Translations under genes and position numbers: made by a program
Shown here: piece by piece, positions 30,450-39,375 of the stretch
How positions within the stretch are numbered: position 1 is the first letter of the stretch
Layout: the number at the start of each line of letters is the position of its first letter
Notes under the pieces: generated by a model
Database searches by the model: none
Told to the model about the DNA's origin: nothing
The model's input: the letters and a program-made list of their open reading frames with translations, nothing else
Source: Patescibacteria group bacterium
GTDB lineage: Bacteria; Patescibacteriota; Microgenomatia; UBA10105; UBA927
NCBI GenBank assembly: GCA_038063875.1
Contig: JBBTUH010000002.1
Span: forward strand, 12,530-76,529
Direction of reading: 5' to 3'
DNA: 64,000 nucleotides

Positions 30450-30671
30450 TTATTTTACCTTATGAGAGGGTGTAAAGGAAAATAGAATGAAGAAAAGAAA
30501 GAATGCTGCCGCATACCACGTAAGCCGTTCTGCGGTAAAAAATATATGCAGTGCAAACAGTGGTAAAGATATACTAAGCATGAGAAGACCAGTCCACGCA
30601 AATAGCAGTGGATTTTTCAACGCTAAAAACGTACCGAGTATGATACCAAACACAATGTCTTGTGGCTTCAT
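30450..30671 (-). CDS. small hydrophobic membrane protein (2-3 TM), unknown function
   Basis: 73 aa, almost entirely hydrophobic. Packed between galE and UXS with 4-bp spacing. Confidence 0.3.
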   Translation of the reverse strand: MKPQDIVFGIILGTFLALKNPLLFAWTGLLMLSISLPLFALHIFFTAERLTWYAAAFFLFFILFSFTPSHKVK

Positions 30672-31615
30672 TGTAAATTTTTGTAATACGAAACAGTTTT
30701 TTTCAATCCTTCATCGACCGATACCACTGGTTGCCAACCCAAAAGCTCTTTGGCCTTTGTGATATCTGGTCGCCTCTTTACCGGATCATCTGATGGCAAA
30801 GGTGCATACATAATCTCTGATGTACTCTGGGTAAGTACTATAATCTTTTTTGCCAAATCTACCATCGTATACTCTTCAGGATTACCAATATTTATGACTT
30901 CACCGTTGGCATCTTCTTTTTCCATCAAAGAAATAAGGCCCTCCACTTGATCTGACACGAAGCAAAGTGATCTAGTCTGTAAACCATCTCCATACACGGT
31001 CAATGGTATATTTGCGAGTGCTTGATTGATAAAATTAGACACCACACGACCATCATCCTTTTTCATATTCGGGCCGTAAGTATTAAAGATTCGTGCAATT
31101 CTTGTGTCCACGCCATATTTTGTGTGATAAAGCATAGTCATCATTTCGCCGAAACGTTTGCTTTCGTCATAACAACTTCTGACACCATTCGGATTTACAT
31201 TTCCCCAATAGTCCTCTTTTTGTGGATGCTCTTTCGGATCCCCGTATACCTCGCTTGTAGAAGTATAGAGAAAACGAGCCCCATGCTCTTTGGCAAATAG
31301 AAGCGCATTTCTCGTTCCCACAGAATTAACGAGCGCTGTTACTTCTGGATTATTCTGGTAATCGATCACTGATGCAGGAGATGCCAAATGCCATACATGT
31401 GTGACATCATCAATCACTGGTAATCCCCCTATAACATCTGCCTGAATAAAGGAAAATTGATGATTATTTTTGGCTTCTCTAAGATTTTCCATCTTACCGG
31501 TAATCAAATTATCAATCGCAACTACCATATGCCCCAGATCAAGAAGTTTGTTTACTAAATTACTCCCTATAAATCCTGCACCACCAGTAACAAGACTAAC
31601 CGCGTTTTTACCCAT
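30668..31615 (-). CDS. uxs: UDP-glucuronate decarboxylase (UDP-xylose synthase)
   Basis: LVTGGAGFIGSNL, YDESKRFGEMM and RIFNTYGPNM...DGRVVSNFINQAL match the UXS-specific signature (RIFNT[FY]GP.M...DGRVVSNF). Confidence 0.8.
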   Translation of the reverse strand: MGKNAVSLVTGGAGFIGSNLVNKLLDLGHMVVAIDNLITGKMENLREAKNNHQFSFIQADVIGGLPVIDDVTHVWHLASPASVIDYQNNPEVTALVNSVGTRNALLFAKEHGARFLYTSTSEVYGDPKEHPQKEDYWGNVNPNGVRSCYDESKRFGEMMTMLYHTKYGVDTRIARIFNTYGPNMKKDDGRVVSNFINQALANIPLTVYGDGLQTRSLCFVSDQVEGLISLMEKEDANGEVINIGNPEEYTMVDLAKKIIVLTQSTSEIMYAPLPSDDPVKRRPDITKAKELLGWQPVVSVDEGLKKTVSYYKNLQ

Positions 31616-31785
31616 GATTGCATTGTATCACAAGGTTTTTGACCATATTTATTCACATACGTAACAATAATCTTTTCCAAGAGCTCACTTTGCGTAATAC
31701 TTAAAATAAGTTTGTTTCATGTAGAGATAGTATCCCTCTTAGGGGTACTATCTAACATCAATCTAAACTAATTAACTGCAGATTA

Positions 31786-32721
31786 TCAAGTATCACAAGC
31801 AGACGTTTTAGTACATTTTTCCCCGTTTTCTTTCTTTATTGGTTGAGGGGATTCATATAAGGCTGTAAGGAACCGCTGAACTTGGAGATATGCCTGTGTT
31901 TTAACTTGTTCACGTAATTCTCCGACAGCTTCTTGAAAATCAGCGACCCAATTTGGCCCTTCTGCTTCTCTCGAGCGAAACTTGTCATGAATAGATTCGA
32001 TGGCTTCTTTAACCAACCCATGCGTGATAAACGGCTGAATTTCTTCCGCCACGGCAAAGGGACCGGATTTATAGTACAAGATCAAACTATGAATATCGTA
32101 GGCATCTTTTTGCTTATACCGAGAACCCACTACAATCCCTTTCATGGTCATGATGCCCACAATATCCGCCATCTTGACGGTAGTTCTACCCTCGGCTCCG
32201 TCGGGCAACTTGCCTTCCAGTATAATATCGATGGCATGATCAAACATTACATCAGCACCCCTAGCTTTTCTGACAAGAAAATCATCTTGAATTCGCTGGT
32301 GACGCTTGTTTTGCTCTGTTCCGCCATATTCAGGTCCTAAAAAATCAATCTGAACTTGTTCTTCCCCTTTGCTGGTTATCACATTTTTTACAAATGAATG
32401 CTGAATTGATTTCCCTTGTGAATCTAGTTTTGGCTCATACCCTCGTTGTTTGAGGATTGTGAGAATTGAATCGTATCCCGCTTCATTTATAAGTTGTGGA
32501 TTGACGGCGATATCAATATCCTTAGAACCAATATGTTTAAAATCCACACCAGATGGTTGGTACGCTTTCAATAGAAGATACGGAACCCAGCCTCCTACTA
32601 ACACCAAGCCATCACGATATGCACGGAGGGAAATCATGAGCTCAAGAAGGTATGACAACGAAACATCAGCAATGTTTGATGTAAATGTAATTTTTGTTCG
32701 ATCTCCTTGTTTTTGTGCCAT
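31786..32721 (-). CDS. putative nucleotidyltransferase (AbiEii/DUF1814-like fold)
   Basis: 311 aa. N-terminal VLVGGWVPYLLL...HIGSKDIDIAV resembles the hG[GS]...[DE]h[DE]h minimal NTase signature. A partner gene lies 9 bp upstream. Confidence 0.4.
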   Translation of the reverse strand: MAQKQGDRTKITFTSNIADVSLSYLLELMISLRAYRDGLVLVGGWVPYLLLKAYQPSGVDFKHIGSKDIDIAVNPQLINEAGYDSILTILKQRGYEPKLDSQGKSIQHSFVKNVITSKGEEQVQIDFLGPEYGGTEQNKRHQRIQDDFLVRKARGADVMFDHAIDIILEGKLPDGAEGRTTVKMADIVGIMTMKGIVVGSRYKQKDAYDIHSLILYYKSGPFAVAEEIQPFITHGLVKEAIESIHDKFRSREAEGPNWVADFQEAVGELREQVKTQAYLQVQRFLTALYESPQPIKKENGEKCTKTSACDT

Positions 32722-32729
32722 GGTTGTTG

Positions 32730-33830
32730 TTAAAAGCCCATCTTTTGCTCTCGCAAATGTTGGGCCTGTTCTGCTCCACGTGCCGGATTATTAAATAAGT
32801 CCATATATAGTTGAATATTTGATACCACAGGAGCCTTTTTCCCAGAAGGAGTAGATATCTGTTGTGTCTGATAAAAAACTCCTTCGTCGTAGGGAATATA
32901 TAGCTCAACATTAGCGCCATTTTCAACTTGTTGAAGACCGAGAAGTTTTTCCCAGTTTTCTAAATCACCAGATTGCTTAATATAAAACTGTAACTTTGTA
33001 ATTCCACGAATAAAGGGGGCAATCAGATCTGCGCCGCTAAAATACGATAAAGCAAATGGCAAGTTTTCAGCTTTCTCTAAAACAGAGGTAAGAAGTTCTG
33101 TAGGATTTTGCACGAAACTAAAAAAGGTAAACTTCTTTATTTTATAGGAGGGATATACTTTTTCCCACGCTTTTAGTAAAAAAACAGGATCCCTCAAAGA
33201 GAGCCTATCTTCTTGATTCCACTCGATTAATTCTTCTTCAATCATTCGATCCAATGTTTTGTGCGTTTGCCCTAGGCTAACGTTGGATTCTTCTGCTAAT
33301 TCACCTAACAGCCAAGTTTTTATCGGTTGAGTAAGTAATACACGAGTAATTCTGCTTGAAACTGGAGCAAAAAGATTTTTTAGCGGCACTTTTTGAACAA
33401 AAGGGTTTTTTTCAACAATTTTTTCGATATACAAAGAACCTTTTTTGAGATAGAAATTGCCAGCTAAATCCATAATTCCCACACCTTCTTCCTTAGCGAC
33501 TTGGCGAGCTTTTTCACCTATAAACTGTCCGGCAACAAAGGGTATGCTCCCAGCTTGAATTGCGTATGCTTTAACGTGACGGGCAACTTCTCTAAAACTA
33601 GCTGTTCCGCCTGTATATTTAACCTCAATAGCGACTTGATAATCCCTGCCTTCAACAGTGAGAATTCCTTGTGAATCAGGACTATTTGTGCCCATTGCTG
33701 GCACGACAAGACCCTCAAAAGCTAAACCCTGAGGAATACTGGCTGATAGTTGATTTATTATTGTCTTTTCGTTCATATAAGACTTTTCATTAAACAGTGA
33801 AAGTATATCAAATAGTGAAAATGATTGCAA
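32730..33830 (-). CDS. hypothetical protein with central winged-helix-like segment; putative partner/antitoxin of the downstream NTase (TTG start)
   Basis: 366 aa. The TTG start was confirmed by reading the codons. The central SSRITRVLLTQPIKTWLLGELAEESNVSLGQTHKTLDRMIEEELI looks like a wHTH. Confidence 0.35.
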   Translation of the reverse strand: MQSFSLFDILSLFNEKSYMNEKTIINQLSASIPQGLAFEGLVVPAMGTNSPDSQGILTVEGRDYQVAIEVKYTGGTASFREVARHVKAYAIQAGSIPFVAGQFIGEKARQVAKEEGVGIMDLAGNFYLKKGSLYIEKIVEKNPFVQKVPLKNLFAPVSSRITRVLLTQPIKTWLLGELAEESNVSLGQTHKTLDRMIEEELIEWNQEDRLSLRDPVFLLKAWEKVYPSYKIKKFTFFSFVQNPTELLTSVLEKAENLPFALSYFSGADLIAPFIRGITKLQFYIKQSGDLENWEKLLGLQQVENGANVELYIPYDEGVFYQTQQISTPSGKKAPVVSNIQLYMDLFNNPARGAEQAQHLREQKMGF

Positions 33831-33870
33831 GGGCAGACTGTGTCACCCCGATTGCTATCCTCGCAAAGCA

Positions 33871-34769
33871 TTAAGCAAAAATTGAAACTGGCAATCCTGC
33901 ACTTGAAGCATATGCATGTTTCATTTTTTCTTCCCATTTATACGGCTTTAATTCCATCATTTCATGGATAATTGATTCTCCAAATACATGCTGTAAATCC
34001 GATTCAAAAGTTTGCCCTAGATACTCTAACCTATCAAGCGTTGCCGTGTCAGCACGATTTCGTGATCGCAAACCTACAAACCGATCATGGAGGCTCACGG
34101 ATTTTTGATCAAATGTCCAGTCACCGTAGGTGAGTACTGCAAATTGTATATCTTTCAATCGACCGCTTTTCCCTCGAGAGAAAAGATACGCATGATCCTC
34201 TTCCTTCATATGATGAAGAAAATATGGATCAGCCCCATTTTGCTCTAATAACGCCAGCGTATTTTTTTTCAGAATATGTTGATGGATGGACGTCATCTGA
34301 CACGTTGTGCCACCCTAATTCATCCATTTGCCTTCGTCCCGCATGATCGATAAGCTTATGATCACGAAGCAAATCAGGATCAAGAGATGCGAGGGATGCT
34401 GGCGTATATCCTAATGCAAGTAATTTTTGTTTCTGCATGGGTGTCGCATGTGCAATTTTATCTGCCAAAAAATGTACATGCCGTGCGGATCCCACTATAT
34501 AATTAAATATTCCTTTCCAACGCACTGCATCCTCAGGAATTTGACAGCCCAAACATCCCCGACCCTTCTGTGACAGTTCTATTATTTTCAAATGTCTTTT
34601 CTGATACTGAACCCAATAAGTAACTTAGTACGGGAAATTCTTTAAGCGTTTCAATCACGAATGGATTGTCCACGCGATATTTCTCTATAAATTTGTCCAC
34701 CGGAATTTTTTGCATCATCAATTCTCTTTTTGACTTCTGCATTATTCCCTCTCGTAGTTCTTGTGACAT
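33871..34769 (-). pseudogene. probable frameshifted gene (three consecutive overlapping ORFs in three frames), unknown function
   Basis: ORFs 34533-34769, 34229-34591 and 33871-34296 overlap by 59 and 68 bp in different frames. A T8 homopolymer sits inside the second overlap. Confidence 0.3.
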
Positions 34770-34801
34770 GGCTTGATTATATCAAATAATATGATACAGT
34801 T

Positions 34802-35767
34802 ATGATCATGAAAATAGCATTGGTAACCGGTGGCGCTGGATTTATCGGTTCTCACCTTGTAGGCAAATTGTCAAAAACCTACAACGTCCATGTAATAGAC
34901 AATCTAGCCACAGGAGATAAAACGTTTCTTCACAAGGACATCCCACTCCATATCGATGACATACGAAATAAAGAAAAAGTATTTTTATTAGTTAAAAAAA
35001 TAAAACCGGACGTTGTTTTTCATATCGCAGGACAAGCTTCCAATATCAATTCTTTTTCCGATCCGCATTTTGACATCGACGTCAATTTTAAAGGGACGGT
35101 CAATATGGTGCTCGCAGCCCTTGCCGCAAAAACACCACGTTTTCTCTATGCATCATCCATGACAGTCTATGGCCATCCTGATACGCTCCCAGTATCGGAA
35201 TCAATGCTTTGCAGGCCGGTTTCATATTACGGTATATCCAAATATGCTGCCGAACGCTTCGTCCACGCGACAGCTGCGCGCACCGATCTCTCACACGCTT
35301 TCAACGTAACCTCTTTTCGCATGTTTAATGTCTATGGCCCAAGGCAGAGCCTGACTAATTCCTATCAAGGAGCTCTCGCCATATTTATCGGCAACGTGTT
35401 GCGAAATGAACCGATTACTATATATGGCGACGGCGTACAGACACGAGATTTTATTTTTGTTGAAGACGTTGTCGACGCGTGGATTCGCGCTGTAGACGAG
35501 CCACACGCATTTCAACAGATATACAACCTAGGAAACGGTAAACAAATAAGTGTCAACGATATGGTGAAAGCGGTGATACTGGCAGCCGGCAAAAATCCCG
35601 ATACGTACCCAATCATCTTTAAAGATCAACGCCCAGGAGAACAACGTTTTATGGAGGCTGATATGAAAAAAGCCTTAAAGGATTTTGCTTTCAAGCCAAA
35701 AACGACATTTCAAAAAGGATTATCAAAAACTCTTGCATGGGCTTATGACAAAGCTTTACTACGATAA
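34802..35767 (+). CDS. NAD-dependent nucleoside-diphosphate-sugar epimerase/dehydratase (extended SDR)
   Basis: KIALVTGGAGFIGSHL and a YGISKYAAE YxxxK motif. 321 aa. Confidence 0.75.
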   Translation: MIMKIALVTGGAGFIGSHLVGKLSKTYNVHVIDNLATGDKTFLHKDIPLHIDDIRNKEKVFLLVKKIKPDVVFHIAGQASNINSFSDPHFDIDVNFKGTVNMVLAALAAKTPRFLYASSMTVYGHPDTLPVSESMLCRPVSYYGISKYAAERFVHATAARTDLSHAFNVTSFRMFNVYGPRQSLTNSYQGALAIFIGNVLRNEPITIYGDGVQTRDFIFVEDVVDAWIRAVDEPHAFQQIYNLGNGKQISVNDMVKAVILAAGKNPDTYPIIFKDQRPGEQRFMEADMKKALKDFAFKPKTTFQKGLSKTLAWAYDKALLR

Positions 35768-36353
35768 ATACTGGAAAGATCAAGAAGAATTAAGTGATCT
35801 TCCTTATAAATGGCCTATACTTAAAGAACTGCTCCCTGACGCAGCACTTGACTTTCTTGACTTTGGCTGTGGCAAAGGAGTTATTACCAAAAAAGTACAC
35901 GAGCTTCGACCAGCGTACAGCATCAGCGGTGTAGACATTTCTCAAAAAGCACTAATGGTTGCCCAAAAAAAAGTTCCCTCGGGCACATTTAACGTAATCA
36001 CAGAAACTCAAAAAATACCATTTCCCACCAATACATTTGATTTCATCCTAGCATCTGATGTGCTCGAACATATCTATGATACAAAAACTGCATTTCAAGA
36101 ACTTTCCAGAGTATTAAAACCAAACGGATCACTGCTTATTAGTTGCCCATATAACGGAAAGCTAAAATTAATACTCGCTATTCTTTTTGGATTTGAATTC
36201 TACTTTGATCCCAATTCTCCACACATTCGACACTTTTCACCAAAGACACTATCAACATGTGTAAAAAATGTGGGGTTAACGGTACAAAAAATAGGCTATT
36301 ATGGACGTTTTTATCCTCTCTCAAAAGGCATGTATCTTCTTGCATACAAATAA
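35745..36353 (+). CDS. class I SAM-dependent methyltransferase
   Basis: LDFGCGKGVIT motif I and ASDVLEHI post-motif II. The ORF track start at 35685 overlaps the previous gene by 83 bp; the internal Met (MTKLYYDKYW) at 35745 is preferred. Confidence 0.7.
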   Translation: MTKLYYDKYWKDQEELSDLPYKWPILKELLPDAALDFLDFGCGKGVITKKVHELRPAYSISGVDISQKALMVAQKKVPSGTFNVITETQKIPFPTNTFDFILASDVLEHIYDTKTAFQELSRVLKPNGSLLISCPYNGKLKLILAILFGFEFYFDPNSPHIRHFSPKTLSTCVKNVGLTVQKIGYYGRFYPLSKGMYLLAYK

Positions 36354-36908
36354 CAACGATCGTCCAGTTGGTAAAAATTTAGGCAAAAGTTCTACATCTA
36401 TTTGATCTGTACACAAAAATCTTGCTTTTTTTATTTCATTCATCCAATCACTTTTTGAAGCGAATGCATAAGGCATAGATATGGCATGGTCTTTCCAAGC
36501 ATTAAAAAACCAATCCATAATTCTCATCCCAGGGATATCCCAAAGCCCGCGATATACAGGCTCAACGAATAACACCTGTTTCTTTGCGACTCGCATACAC
36601 TCAAAAAGAAGTGCAAAAGGCGTAGGCGTATGATGAAACACATGATAGGAAATCACAATATCAAATGATGCCTTCTTAAAAGGCAATGATTTTCCATCAT
36701 ATTTTTTAAAACGAATTCCTTTTGGACGACTGCCAAAATCAACAACATCAACTCCTGTTATATGAAGAGACGGCATCGCTTTAAAAAGTTCTTGCGCAAA
36801 TACGAGATCTCCACATCCAAAATCAAGCACGCTCATCCCCTCATGTAAATACTTTTTCAGTATTTGTACTTTTCTCTGAGCATTAATCAGTTTCATATCC
36901 ATGAACAA
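36321..36908 (-). CDS. class I SAM-dependent methyltransferase (Methyltransf_11-like)
   Basis: VLDFGCGDLVFAQEL motif I and ISYHVFHHTP. Confidence 0.7.
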   Translation of the reverse strand: MFMDMKLINAQRKVQILKKYLHEGMSVLDFGCGDLVFAQELFKAMPSLHITGVDVVDFGSRPKGIRFKKYDGKSLPFKKASFDIVISYHVFHHTPTPFALLFECMRVAKKQVLFVEPVYRGLWDIPGMRIMDWFFNAWKDHAISMPYAFASKSDWMNEIKKARFLCTDQIDVELLPKFLPTGRSLLFVCKKIHAF

Positions 36909-36925
36909 TATAATACAATGCCCTG

Positions 36926-38080
36926 ATGCAAAAGACTATGACAAACAACGCCGTTATTTATGTCAATTTTTCACAATATGATAATACAGGAAGAATACTT
37001 GATTATCTCACAGAGCGCTTTACCTATGTCCTTCACTTTTCCTTCGACCACTTGAGACTAAAAAACGGAAGAAAAACAAATCTTATTACCTTGTATCAAA
37101 AAGGCCACAAACCCAAACAAAACACGCTTTATTCTTTAAGAACTCCTCCATACCTACTCTTTTTATCACTTCCACTCGTCGGGATTCTTATGATATTTCA
37201 AACAATCAAACACTCAGTTCTTTTCAAAAAAACAATTGGACCTTCAGTATTTTTTACCGTAAACGCATTTCCAGCTATGATAGGAATCATACTTCGCACG
37301 ATGCACATCGTGACACACGTGCATTACTGGGTGTGGGATTATTTTCCTGTCAAAGGTCCCGACTGGACTCTTCAAATTATCCGATATACCTACCTCATCT
37401 TTGACATGATCGCGCTTCGATTATCCGATAAACTCATTTTTCCAAATCTTCGACAGTTGCGACTCAGAAAATCTCTACACGGTATCAAAGGCGATCATGC
37501 AATCATCCCATTAGGTTGCTCCAAACCAATTTTGTATTCATCGAAGCAAAAAAACGTTATAGGTTTTTTGGGCATGCTCAAATCGAGTCAAGGATTAGAT
37601 CTTATTTTGAGCTGCTTTGATCAAGTTCTTAAACACAATCCAAATATTCGATTAGAAATCATTGGGTCAGGACCTGAGGAAGAATACTTTCGCATGAAAG
37701 CTAAAAAATATGGTAATAAAATAAATTTTTATGGCTTCATCGAAAATCAAAACATGATCAATAGGATTGTACATCGATGGTTTGCAGGACTTGCGCCGTA
37801 TAAACCTATCATGGGAAATGAATCATATTTTGGAGATCCATCAAAAATTAAAGTATACCTAAGCCAAGGAGTGCCAATTATTACAACCAACGTCACAGAA
37901 TATGGGGCGCTCGCAAAAAAAAACAAATTTGGTATTACTATCGTGTATACAAATAAAGAATTACTTAAGGCGATTCAAACATTATACAAACAGCAGCGAA
38001 CATACCAGAAAAACGCATTACGCTTCGCATCATCGTTATATTATAAAAACCTCTATAAAACTCTCTTCAGATTCCCCTAA
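36926..38080 (+). CDS. glycosyltransferase (GT4-like C-terminal GT-B domain)
   Basis: The C-terminal half (IGFLGML...LEIIGSGPEEEY...YLSQGVPIITTNV) is GT1-domain-like. The N-terminal half has two hydrophobic segments. Confidence 0.65.
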   Translation: MQKTMTNNAVIYVNFSQYDNTGRILDYLTERFTYVLHFSFDHLRLKNGRKTNLITLYQKGHKPKQNTLYSLRTPPYLLFLSLPLVGILMIFQTIKHSVLFKKTIGPSVFFTVNAFPAMIGIILRTMHIVTHVHYWVWDYFPVKGPDWTLQIIRYTYLIFDMIALRLSDKLIFPNLRQLRLRKSLHGIKGDHAIIPLGCSKPILYSSKQKNVIGFLGMLKSSQGLDLILSCFDQVLKHNPNIRLEIIGSGPEEEYFRMKAKKYGNKINFYGFIENQNMINRIVHRWFAGLAPYKPIMGNESYFGDPSKIKVYLSQGVPIITTNVTEYGALAKKNKFGITIVYTNKELLKAIQTLYKQQRTYQKNALRFASSLYYKNLYKTLFRFP

Positions 38081-38656
38081 TTATACCCCAATAACCTCTC
38101 GCAATAAGTTTCCTACCGCACTGCCAAAAAGAGGTAAATATTTTTTTATTTTGTTTTTATCAAGTTCTTCCGTGTGCCACCCATGATAACTTTTTGTTTT
38201 TTTACCTCTCGATATTAAATACAACATATCCAAAACAGCTTTTTCCGGCTCGGCAATATATGTCCCTCCTACCAAGTTAAATCCAAAAAACAGTTCCGAT
38301 TTTATTTTTGAATACTCGCACACAACATTCTTCAAAATTATCCGCTTGGAATGTCTGGAAGTGGCAAGCGTCAGATTATACAGTCCCTGATCTATAATTC
38401 CATACTTTGATAATGCGCTTTCAAAGCTTATATAGCTTGGATAATACAGTTGCGTGGCAAGTTTTTCTACTTCAAACGCATGACCTCGCAGCATATACAC
38501 GCCCCTAGCTATTTGGATTAGGACGGTGGCGTCTTTTAACCTCTTGATAGCCGTATGGATATGCGTCTCATCGGGAAACAGTTTTTTTATATCAGAAATG
38601 TCAAAAACATCCTTCCCCAGCTGTTCTATTTTTTCGACAAGCTCATCTTTTCTCAT
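38081..38656 (-). CDS. AbiEi-like antitoxin/transcriptional regulator (type IV TA, AbiEi_4 N-terminal domain)
   Basis: GVYMLRGH...YPSYISFESALSKYGIID matches the AbiEi N-domain consensus (RGVY...P.aYISleSAL..hGl). 4-bp overlap with the upstream NTase. Confidence 0.55.
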   Translation of the reverse strand: MRKDELVEKIEQLGKDVFDISDIKKLFPDETHIHTAIKRLKDATVLIQIARGVYMLRGHAFEVEKLATQLYYPSYISFESALSKYGIIDQGLYNLTLATSRHSKRIILKNVVCEYSKIKSELFFGFNLVGGTYIAEPEKAVLDMLYLISRGKKTKSYHGWHTEELDKNKIKKYLPLFGSAVGNLLREVIGV

Positions 38657-39336
38657 AAAGCAAACTCCTCCAACACCTTACGATGATTTATTGGGATGAA
38701 TGGATTTAACCGATCCATCAGTTGTTTTTGGGTATACTTAAATTCTTGTTTTATCGCAAATGCCGTATGTAACTTTTGGTGTATGTACCATGCATCAAAT
38801 AAATCCCTAGGCTCTCTTCTTTCCTTCGTTTCCAAAATCTTTACTTTATCCTTTAAAATGGCTTCAATAGTATACACGTTACCAGAAACTTCAATATTAT
38901 TAAAAGGACTTCGCAGAAGACCTACAGTAGAAGCAAAATCTCCCACATTTTTATTAATTTCTACTTTTATGCCGATAGGTATGGGTTTAAATCCCACATC
39001 AAACACTATCTTGGCAAAAAATGTGTTGCGTTTATCATATATATCTTTTACTTTTACTTCAGGCATAATGCTTGATAATTTCTCTATAGTACTTTTAAAA
39101 GAAGCGTACGGAATGCTTTTGAGTAAAGAAAAATCTAAATCCTCGGAAAATCGAAACGAACCATATGCAAGACGCAAAGCCGTCCCTCCTTTAAAAACCA
39201 ACTCCCTCTCAAATGAAGATGTGAAAAGCGTATCCAAAATATACATCTGGTAGTGCTCTTTAAGAATATTGTCAGTAACCGTACGATATTCAACCGCAAG
39301 TTTTTCCGCCTGATCTTGTGTTAACATACTATACAT
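38653..39336 (-). CDS. nucleotidyltransferase AbiEii/DUF1814 toxin family
   Basis: ELVFKGGTALRLAYGSFRFSEDLDFSL is the diagnostic DUF1814 signature (kGGTAL...R.SEDlDf). Confidence 0.8.
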   Translation of the reverse strand: MYSMLTQDQAEKLAVEYRTVTDNILKEHYQMYILDTLFTSSFERELVFKGGTALRLAYGSFRFSEDLDFSLLKSIPYASFKSTIEKLSSIMPEVKVKDIYDKRNTFFAKIVFDVGFKPIPIGIKVEINKNVGDFASTVGLLRSPFNNIEVSGNVYTIEAILKDKVKILETKERREPRDLFDAWYIHQKLHTAFAIKQEFKYTQKQLMDRLNPFIPINHRKVLEEFAL

Positions 39337-39347
39337 AAATGTATAGT
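39328..39347. promoter_or_regulatory. 9-bp inverted repeat actatacat-aa-atgtatagt overlapping the AbiEii start codon; candidate autoregulatory operator
   Basis: Perfect palindrome read directly from the sequence. AbiE-type systems are negatively autoregulated at inverted repeats. Confidence 0.3.
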
Positions 39348-39375
39348 ACCCCTACATTGATTACAAGAAGCACTT

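Noticed and set aside
33791-33820. Direct repeat AGTGAAA x2 upstream of the 366-aa gene as a possible operator
   Set aside because: The repeat is short and AT-rich in an AT-rich intergenic region, which gives insufficient evidence.
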